DNA of 13,272 nt from a bacterium (GTDB lineage Bacteria > Hydrothermota > 32-111): positions 1 through 13,272 of the forward strand of contig JAWOBN010000086.1 of assembly GCA_046484245.1 (NCBI GenBank). The letters run 5' to 3'. Below, piece after piece: positions 6,490 through 13,272 of the stretch. The position numbers were made by a program, and so were the translations under genes. Under the pieces are notes generated by a model. The model had not been told where the DNA came from. It worked only from the letters and a program-made list of their open reading frames with translations, and did no database searches. Each line of letters starts with the position of its first letter. Position 1 is the first letter of the stretch.

Positions 6490-7726
6490 GAGCATCTTTA
6501 TCATTCTTGTTTTTTCATTTATCATGATCAATGCATTCACATTACCGGAAGCAACAGATACTGAGTATTATCTTGATAATTTCTGTGTTTCCCTGCCTTC
6601 CTATGAAGTGCTTGGCTACTACAGTGCAGATAATGCAGTCCTCATCTCAGGGGGATGTTATAATGTGGAGTTTCTCTCTGTGAGGGATTTTGTAAAATTT
6701 GCTGTTCCCCTCTCGTCCAATACAGAATTCCTCTTCAGGCATGTTTATTATAACACCTTTGCCAGGCAGCTCTATATGAAGGGTTACGGGCTGAACTGGC
6801 GTTTCAATGATGTGTTCTCTATGGGATTTCTGGCAAACCCCACATTTGCAAAGCGTGAAAGTGATTTCACGCTTCTTGCAGGATTTGAAGGAAGGAATAC
6901 AAAAACAACTGTGGGCCTTATGATTGAGAATTTTGACAATAATTATTCTCAGAAGTATGAAAAAGATGTATATGGGGACCTGAGAATTTATACAGAACCT
7001 GCATTTCCTCTGGGGTCTTTCATAGTATTCCCGGTGAATCTCTTTATCAATACAAGCGGTTATTTCCAGGAAATACTGTTCTATGCCTCCTTTGCAAAAA
7101 AATACCATTCATCTGCTGATTATTATTATTTTGATGAGTCCAATGTACTGACATACGATTATTCAGCGGATACAGCCATGACATATCTGAAAGCAGGTGT
7201 TGAAAGGAAGAGGGGAGATGATAAGAATCTGACAGGCGGAATATTCATTGAAACATACAGAGACATAACTGCCCGGGATGATTCATTGTTGTCTTCACAG
7301 AGCAATGATGTTTATTTCAAATCAAATGGCAGAATATATTACAGCAGATCCTCTTTCCGACTGGGATTTGAGGCTCAATACGAGAACAGGGTTTACAAGA
7401 TAGACACTGCAGACAGATACAGGCTGCACACATATATCCTCTATCCTTCTTTAAATTACAGATGGAATAAATTTGATATCGGGCTTGGTGAAGCATTCAA
7501 TGTCCGCAGTACTGTGCAGCCGGCGGATACTGTGGATGAAATGCATACGAGAATGATTCTCACTGTGAAATATAATTTCTCACCTGATTCATATTTCTAT
7601 GTGCGCAAGGGATTTGAGACAGACCCGAGGGATGTTGCCCATGGCGGTAAATTCTTCTTCTATGACAAGATGTATGTGCAGTTCGTGGGTCTGTTTGATG
7701 ATATATTCAGGAGGCCCAATGGATAG
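6482..7726 (+). CDS. Putative outer-membrane beta-barrel protein (414 aa)
   Basis: Start revised to TTG 6482, with GGAGGAG at 6468-6474, giving signal peptide MNKSIFIILVFSFIMINA. Aromatic-rich alternating beta-strand pattern (GYGLNWRF, LGFEAQYE, LTVKYNFS, MYVQF). Confidence 0.65.
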   Translation: MNKSIFIILVFSFIMINAFTLPEATDTEYYLDNFCVSLPSYEVLGYYSADNAVLISGGCYNVEFLSVRDFVKFAVPLSSNTEFLFRHVYYNTFARQLYMKGYGLNWRFNDVFSMGFLANPTFAKRESDFTLLAGFEGRNTKTTVGLMIENFDNNYSQKYEKDVYGDLRIYTEPAFPLGSFIVFPVNLFINTSGYFQEILFYASFAKKYHSSADYYYFDESNVLTYDYSADTAMTYLKAGVERKRGDDKNLTGGIFIETYRDITARDDSLLSSQSNDVYFKSNGRIYYSRSSFRLGFEAQYENRVYKIDTADRYRLHTYILYPSLNYRWNKFDIGLGEAFNVRSTVQPADTVDEMHTRMILTVKYNFSPDSYFYVRKGFETDPRDVAHGGKFFFYDKMYVQFVGLFDDIFRRPNG

Positions 7727-8981
7727 ATTTGTAATAAAAGGCGGCAGGAAGCTCAAAGGTGAACTGAGTGCCAGTGGAGCCAAGAATGCATCCCTCCCCA
7801 TACTGGCGGCATCACTCCTGACAACAGGTGAAACAGTAGTGAGAAACTGCCCGGATGTTGCGGATGTGAGGTATATGATAAAGGTGCTGGAATATCTCGG
7901 TGCAGAGGTTTCCTTCAGGGGCAATACTGCAAGAATCAATGTGCCTGACAAACTCAGGACAACAGCGCCCTATGAACTGGTGAGGAAGATGAGGGCATCA
8001 TACTATGTGCTCGCACCCCTTACAGGAAAGAAGCATAAGGCAAAACTCTCCCTTCCGGGCGGATGCGCAATAGGTGAACGGCCTATTGACCTGCATATAA
8101 GGGGATTCAAGGCATTGGGATGCAGTGTTGATCTTGAACACGGCTATATCAATGTTCAATGCCCTCAGCTCAAGGGTAATGAGGTCTTTCTTGAAGGCAG
8201 GCACGGGACTTCAATGGGTGCAACAATCAATGTAATGATGGCATCTGTTCTTGCAGACGGGGAAACTGTTCTTAAGGGCGCAGCACTGGAGCCTGAGGTG
8301 GGTGCAGCTGCCCGTTTCCTCAATGAAATGGGGGCTGATATAGAGGGTATTGACTCTCCCATTCTGAAGATTAAGGGTGTTGATAAACTGAGACCTGTTG
8401 AATTTGATGTGATACCCGACAGGATTGAAAGTGCGACAATGCTTGCAGCAGCGTCCATTACAGGCGGGGAGCTGACACTGAATAATACAAATCCCCGGCA
8501 TTACAGTACTGTTATTGAGAAATTCAGGGAAATGGGAGACAGTATTGAAATTGACGATAGTACTGTATATCTCAAGTCAGCAAAGGCAAAGAAACCTGTT
8601 GAGATCAATGTGCTTCCCTATCCGTATTTCCCCACAGACACACAGGCGCAGTTCATGAGTATACTGACAACAGCAGAGGGTATATCAACAATTACTGAAA
8701 ATGTCTTCACAAAGAGATTCATGCATGTGCCTGAGCTGAAGAGAATGGGGGCGGATATTCAGCTGAGGGATAATACTGCTGTAATCAAGGGTGTGAAGAA
8801 ACTCTCGGGAGCACCTGTGATGGCATCGGATCTGAGGGCATCAGCAGCACTTGTCATTGCCGGTCTGGTTGCAGAAGGTGAGACGGAGATCAAGAGAATA
8901 TACCATATAGACCGCGGTTATGAGAATATTGAGAAGAAATTGAGGAAGATAGGCGCAGATATCAGGAGGTTCCGCAAGTGA
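7719..8981 (+). CDS. murA: UDP-N-acetylglucosamine 1-carboxyvinyltransferase
   Basis: Start revised to ATG 7719 (RBS AGGAGG 7709-7714; MDRFVIKGG). Motifs SGAKNA, KMRAS, LPGGCAIGERPID with the active-site Cys, PDRIE, FPTD, DLRASAAL, HIDRGYE. Confidence 0.98.
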   Translation: MDRFVIKGGRKLKGELSASGAKNASLPILAASLLTTGETVVRNCPDVADVRYMIKVLEYLGAEVSFRGNTARINVPDKLRTTAPYELVRKMRASYYVLAPLTGKKHKAKLSLPGGCAIGERPIDLHIRGFKALGCSVDLEHGYINVQCPQLKGNEVFLEGRHGTSMGATINVMMASVLADGETVLKGAALEPEVGAAARFLNEMGADIEGIDSPILKIKGVDKLRPVEFDVIPDRIESATMLAAASITGGELTLNNTNPRHYSTVIEKFREMGDSIEIDDSTVYLKSAKAKKPVEINVLPYPYFPTDTQAQFMSILTTAEGISTITENVFTKRFMHVPELKRMGADIQLRDNTAVIKGVKKLSGAPVMASDLRASAALVIAGLVAEGETEIKRIYHIDRGYENIEKKLRKIGADIRRFRK

Positions 8982-10027
8982 ATGCAGAAAGAACTGTATA
9001 TGTGGGGGATGTGCCTATAGGGGGCAGCCACCCTGTAGTAATACAGTCAATGATAAACACTGACCTGAAGGAGAGAGACAGGTCACTTGACCAGATAACC
9101 CGTCTGCATGAATCAGGGTCGCGTATTGTGAGAATTGCCTATCCGGGCAGTCAGTACAGGGATGACTTTGAGTATATTGTCAGCAGGGCGCCCTGTCCTG
9201 TAATTGCCGATATACACTTTTCCGCTGATCTGGCTGTTGAGGCAATGGATATGGGGGCTTCCAAGATAAGGATAAACCCCGGTAATATAAAGAGAAGGAA
9301 TCTCAAGAGAATAATTGATAAAGCCCGGCTCTGCAATGTGCCTATAAGGATAGGTGTCAATTCCGGCTCCCTTGAGAAAGATCTCCTTGAGAAATACGGA
9401 CATCCTGTACCTGACGGGCTTGTTGAATCAGCACTGAGGTCAATTGCATTCTTTGAGGAGAATGATTTTGACAATATTGTGCTGTCAGTGAAATCATCTG
9501 ATGTGAATTTCATGATAGAATCAAATGTGAAACTTGCCCGGAAGACGGATTATCCCATTCATCTGGGGGTGACTGAGGCAGGCGGGCTTATACGGGGTAC
9601 AGTAAAGAATTCAATAGGCATAGGATATTTGCTCAAAAATAATATTGGCGATACAGTGAGGGTTTCACTGAGCACTGAACCGGAGAAAGAGATTGAGGTT
9701 GCCAAGAAAATGCTCAAGGCATTGCATCTGTACGGCAATGCACCTGATGTCATATCCTGCCCCACATGCTCCAGGTCAACATTTGATGTTGCGGGCATGC
9801 AGGAGACAGTGGAGAAACACCTGGAGAATGTGAAAAAAGACATCACTGTTGCAGTGATGGGTTGTGTTGTCAATGGTCCCGGGGAGGCAAAAGAGGCGGA
9901 TTTCGGCATAACGGGTTCTCTTAATGAATGTGTATTGTTCAGAAAGGGCGAGATAATATTCAAGGGCAATCCGGAAAATGCAATAAAAAAACTTCTTGAA
10001 GAGGTGGACAGATATGAAAAAGATTAA
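8978..10027 (+). CDS. ispG: 4-hydroxy-3-methylbut-2-en-1-yl diphosphate synthase (short form)
   Basis: GTG start overlapping the murA stop (GTGA). Motifs IQSM, ADIHF, RINPGN, RIGVNSGSL, HLGVTEAG, GDTVRVSL, SCPTCSR and MGCVVNGPGEA (4Fe-4S ligands). Confidence 0.98.
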   Translation: MNAERTVYVGDVPIGGSHPVVIQSMINTDLKERDRSLDQITRLHESGSRIVRIAYPGSQYRDDFEYIVSRAPCPVIADIHFSADLAVEAMDMGASKIRINPGNIKRRNLKRIIDKARLCNVPIRIGVNSGSLEKDLLEKYGHPVPDGLVESALRSIAFFEENDFDNIVLSVKSSDVNFMIESNVKLARKTDYPIHLGVTEAGGLIRGTVKNSIGIGYLLKNNIGDTVRVSLSTEPEKEIEVAKKMLKALHLYGNAPDVISCPTCSRSTFDVAGMQETVEKHLENVKKDITVAVMGCVVNGPGEAKEADFGITGSLNECVLFRKGEIIFKGNPENAIKKLLEEVDRYEKD

Positions 10028-11051
10028 AACACTGCAGAGAATACTCAAACCAAAGGAAATGCTCTATATTGACTCATCATCCGATGTCTTCAATCTGATT
10101 GATCTGAATAAGTCCTTCAATCCCAATGAATATGATGCAGGTCTGCTCATAGGCAAGAAGCATGTGTATCTCATCTGTGAGGTGCTCTTCTACCCCCATG
10201 TGAGACATCTCAAGGGATTGAAGGTGCTCAAGGCGGACAGTGATGCATACCTCGCTTCATCCAAGACATTTATTGAGGATATTGAGAGAATACTCAAGAG
10301 GGAAAAGGCAGTGCGGCTCGGACTGACAAATCCCTCACTCTCAAGGCATTTCAAGAGATATATTACCTTTCATTTCATGTCTCCTTCCAAGGTGCTGGGC
10401 ATAGTCAAGTCCGGCAGGGAGATTGATGCCCTCAGGGCATGTTCAGGCATTATGAAGGATATACTGGAAAGAGTGCCGGGTCTTCTGAAAACATCCGTTA
10501 CTGACCTTGAGCTGCGCAATGAGATTGACAATATGATATACGGTTCAGGAGCCCAGAGAAGGTATGTGCCTACACTGGTGGGATTCAATGCAAAGACAGT
10601 TTATCCTACTATAATCAACAAAAAACTGAAGAGAGGCAATCTTGTTCTTGTGGATTTCGGCATTATGAAAAACGGCACAGGGCTCTCTATTGCAAGAACT
10701 CTGCCTTACGGCAGTTTGAGCAGTAATAAGAAAAAGCATCTCAGTATTGTCAATGACGGTCTTGAGGTAATGAAATCAGTTATCCAGAAGGGCATTGAGA
10801 TAAGGGCCATTGACAGTGAATACAGGCAATTCATGGGGTCCCATAAACTGGACAATTCCTTCATAGATTATTCAGTGAAACTGCCGGGTACATCATACTA
10901 TGAAGAGACCAATTCCATTAAAGACAGGACAGAACTGAGGGACAATTCTGTTATTAAAATATCATCCTCACTCTTTGTCCCCGGAAGATACGGGATCAAG
11001 AATGAAGAATTAATTCTAGTCAAAGGAAACAGCAATGAAACATTACTTTAG
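10014..11051 (+). CDS. M24 (aminopeptidase P/prolidase)-fold protein, probably catalytically inactive
   Basis: Start revised to ATG 10014 (GAGGTGG at 10001-10007). Landmarks VKSGREI, LVLVDFG..ART and PGRYGIKNEELILV match Xaa-Pro peptidases, but most metal ligands are substituted. Confidence 0.8.
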   Translation: MKKIKTLQRILKPKEMLYIDSSSDVFNLIDLNKSFNPNEYDAGLLIGKKHVYLICEVLFYPHVRHLKGLKVLKADSDAYLASSKTFIEDIERILKREKAVRLGLTNPSLSRHFKRYITFHFMSPSKVLGIVKSGREIDALRACSGIMKDILERVPGLLKTSVTDLELRNEIDNMIYGSGAQRRYVPTLVGFNAKTVYPTIINKKLKRGNLVLVDFGIMKNGTGLSIARTLPYGSLSSNKKKHLSIVNDGLEVMKSVIQKGIEIRAIDSEYRQFMGSHKLDNSFIDYSVKLPGTSYYEETNSIKDRTELRDNSVIKISSSLFVPGRYGIKNEELILVKGNSNETLL

Positions 11052-11838
11052 TATTATCATACTGATTCTTGTCATTATGTTTGCATCATGTTCTGAGAAG
11101 AATGCCGACAAACTGATTGAGAGAGGTGAGTATCTCAGGGCTGCAGATATTCTGAAAGAGTCACTCGGGCAAGAACCGGAGCAAAAAACACTGCTGGCAC
11201 TGATGAAAGTAAACAATAATCATCTCGGTAAATATACTGAGAATATTGAACTGTTCAATGAATATGAGGAGATGATTCTCAGGGACAGGCAGCTGAGGAA
11301 AATATCAGCAGTATCACTGTGCAATTACGGTTTTGAGGAGTATGAGAATGAAAATTACTCTTCTGCCCGCCAGTATGCCTCTGATGCAGCTGAGCTTTAT
11401 GATGATTACGGGAGACCGAAACTCCTCAAGGCAAAGGTCTTTCTGAAGAGAGACAATATTGACAGTGCCTATCACTATTTGAACCTGTCAGTTGAAAGTG
11501 ACAGCACACTGAAGGAGTCATATCTTCTCCTGGGCAATATTGCCCAGATGAATGAGCAGTTTGAAAAGTCCATGGAAATGTATGACAGGGCAATTGCAAT
11601 TGATTCTGCATATGCCGGTGCATGGACAAACAGGGGCGCTCTCTTCTATAATACAGAGAATTATCAGTATGCTGTCTATTCACTCAAAGAGGCAATCAAA
11701 TATGATTCACTCAATATACTTGCCTATGATTACCTGATCAATTTATACTATCATGCGGGACTGGTTGATTCAGCAAAGAGGTATGCGGATATTTTCCAGA
11801 GGAAGAAGGAAGAACCGGATGATAATACCGATAGGTAA
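11035..11838 (+). CDS. TPR-repeat lipoprotein
   Basis: Lipobox FASC after a hydrophobic signal. TPR motifs such as SYLLLGNIAQMNEQFEKSMEMYDRAIAID and AWTNRGALFYNTENYQYAVYSLKEAIKYD. Confidence 0.9.
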   Translation: MKHYFSIIILILVIMFASCSEKNADKLIERGEYLRAADILKESLGQEPEQKTLLALMKVNNNHLGKYTENIELFNEYEEMILRDRQLRKISAVSLCNYGFEEYENENYSSARQYASDAAELYDDYGRPKLLKAKVFLKRDNIDSAYHYLNLSVESDSTLKESYLLLGNIAQMNEQFEKSMEMYDRAIAIDSAYAGAWTNRGALFYNTENYQYAVYSLKEAIKYDSLNILAYDYLINLYYHAGLVDSAKRYADIFQRKKEEPDDNTDR

Positions 11839-13219
11839 TACAGGCAATTTAAGAAGAGCCCCCTTTATAACAATAGGGCTTATTGTTATATGCATACTCG
11901 TCTATATGCTTATAAGGCCTTCCATTGCAAGGCATGACAGGATATTCATGGAGGAGAGGGCAGAATATGTCAATCTTGTTGTGGAATGGCTCATTGCTGA
12001 AGAGGAGTATTCATACGAGGATATGATAAATAATCCGGATAAGCTCAGTAATGAGATCAAATCACCGACAGTTGACAAAAGCAGTGAATACTATGATGAT
12101 ATTCACAGGGCAAGGGAAGCAATGGAAGAGGCCCGGTCAATGCATATATTCCACACTCTCGGTGTATCACGGAATAATATGAATCCGGTAAGATTCATCT
12201 CCTCTATTTTCACTCATGCATCAATGCCCCATCTTCTGGGCAATCTCTGGTTTCTGCTTCTTCTGGGTGCCAATGTGGAGGACACATACGGCAGGTTCAA
12301 TTTCCTTGTTTTCTTTATTCTCTCAGGCATTGTATCTTCAGTGATATTCATCATAAGCCAGCAGGACCCGTCCAATCCGCTTATAGGGGCGTCAGGCGCT
12401 ATTGCCGGTGTAATGGGTGTTTTTATGATAAGGCATTTTACTACAAAAATAAAATTTTTCTATTTCTTCTTTCCCGTAAGACCATTGATGGGTACTTTCA
12501 GGGTAATGGCGGGCATAGTCCTTCCCCTGTGGTTTCTGCAGCAGATCATGAATGCATTGAATGAAAGCAATTCCCAGGTTGCATTCATGGCGCATATTGG
12601 GGGCTTCATATTCGGTGTCGGCTCAGCACTGATAATAGAGCATTTCAATATAGAAGAGAGATTCATAAAGCCGCAGATTGAGGAACAGACAAATCTGCTC
12701 GGTACTACACGCCTGCAGCAGGAGGGCATTGACGCCTATTACAGGGGGGATTTTGACACTGCTTCAGATCTCCTTGCAGGAGAGTCCGACAGGGCGGCAA
12801 ACAGTGAGGTGTTTATACCTCTCTTTGCCTCACTTATGAAAACAGGCAGAGACAGGCAGGCGCGCATTTCTGCCCTGCACTTCTTCTCATCACTTAAGAA
12901 CAGTGAAAAATGCAGTGAGGCAAAGGAGAAATACGATGAATTACAGTCACTGGATATGCATAAATCCCTTGATGAATCAACACTCTTTATTATAGCCAAA
13001 TGCCTTGCTGAGGAAACATATTCAGACAAGGCGGGCTTGATAATTTCCAATGTACTTGAAGATCCCTCGCCCTCAATATTGAGAGCCAAGATGCTTCAGT
13101 ATGCCTATGAGAAACATATACCTGTTGACAATTTCAATACAGTTCTTAACAATTATATAGAACATGGCAATGATGAGATTAGAATGATAATTCAAAATAT
13201 CCGGAGGAATGATGATTAA
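11819..13219 (+). CDS. Rhomboid family intramembrane serine protease with soluble insert and helical C-terminal extension
   Basis: Start revised to ATG 11819 (MIIPIG). FTHASMPHLLGN, catalytic GASG and AHIGGF motifs are intact. Confidence 0.93.
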   Translation: MIIPIGNTGNLRRAPFITIGLIVICILVYMLIRPSIARHDRIFMEERAEYVNLVVEWLIAEEEYSYEDMINNPDKLSNEIKSPTVDKSSEYYDDIHRAREAMEEARSMHIFHTLGVSRNNMNPVRFISSIFTHASMPHLLGNLWFLLLLGANVEDTYGRFNFLVFFILSGIVSSVIFIISQQDPSNPLIGASGAIAGVMGVFMIRHFTTKIKFFYFFFPVRPLMGTFRVMAGIVLPLWFLQQIMNALNESNSQVAFMAHIGGFIFGVGSALIIEHFNIEERFIKPQIEEQTNLLGTTRLQQEGIDAYYRGDFDTASDLLAGESDRAANSEVFIPLFASLMKTGRDRQARISALHFFSSLKNSEKCSEAKEKYDELQSLDMHKSLDESTLFIIAKCLAEETYSDKAGLIISNVLEDPSPSILRAKMLQYAYEKHIPVDNFNTVLNNYIEHGNDEIRMIIQNIRRNDD

Positions 13220-13272
13220 AAGAGAAGATGCACTGAATCTTGTAAAGGAAAATGTCAAGAATAAAAATCTTG
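13212..13272 (+). CDS. Start of probable HD/HDIG-domain hydrolase (truncated by window)
   Basis: RBS GGAGG at 13203-13207, then ATG. MIKREDALNLVKENVKNKNL resembles the N-terminus of COG2316-type HD proteins. Only 20 codons are visible; ATG 13209 is an alternative start. Confidence 0.6.
   Translation, partial: MIKREDALNLVKENVKNKNL

Noticed and set aside
7719..8981. Fosfomycin-resistant MurA variant
   Set aside because: The active-site Cys in PGGCAIG is present.
3539..11818. ORF-track starts 3539, 6446, 7599, 9996 and 11753
   Set aside because: Downstream starts have better RBS, signal peptides or family-typical N-termini, and avoid long overlaps.
1514..13258. Numerous antisense and nested 60-150 aa ORFs
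   Set aside because: They are shadows of well-supported genes and have no recognisable motifs.

Overview
Bacterial chromosomal window of moderate-low GC with strong GGAGG ribosome-binding sites. T9SS-type cargo, lipoproteins and an outer-membrane barrel point to a diderm, possibly an FCB-associated candidate lineage (inference only). The left arm (minus strand) carries a 926-aa secreted protein with a C-terminal T9SS/FlgD-like sorting domain, followed by a truncated lipoprotein gene. A ~545-bp divergent intergenic region (3060-3604) is bounded by two near-consensus sigma70 promoters. It is densely structured, with hairpins, a heptamer run, a CGTC-type REP-like unit, and an 11-bp inverted-repeat-bounded ~200-nt element with a long nested stem. 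The right arm (plus strand) starts with a membrane-anchored hypothetical gene. A probably leaderless, tightly overlapped operon follows: radical SAM protein, NapA-like CPA2 antiporter, divergent PII-like protein, putative beta-barrel OMP, murA, ispG, an M24 peptidase homolog that has lost most metal ligands, a TPR lipoprotein, a rhomboid protease, and the start of an HD-domain protein. No transposase, integrase, RT, CRISPR, tRNA or rRNA was recognised. The best leads are the structured intergenic element(s), the M24 pseudo-peptidase and the antiporter/PII-like pair. All analysis was by eye, with no database searches.
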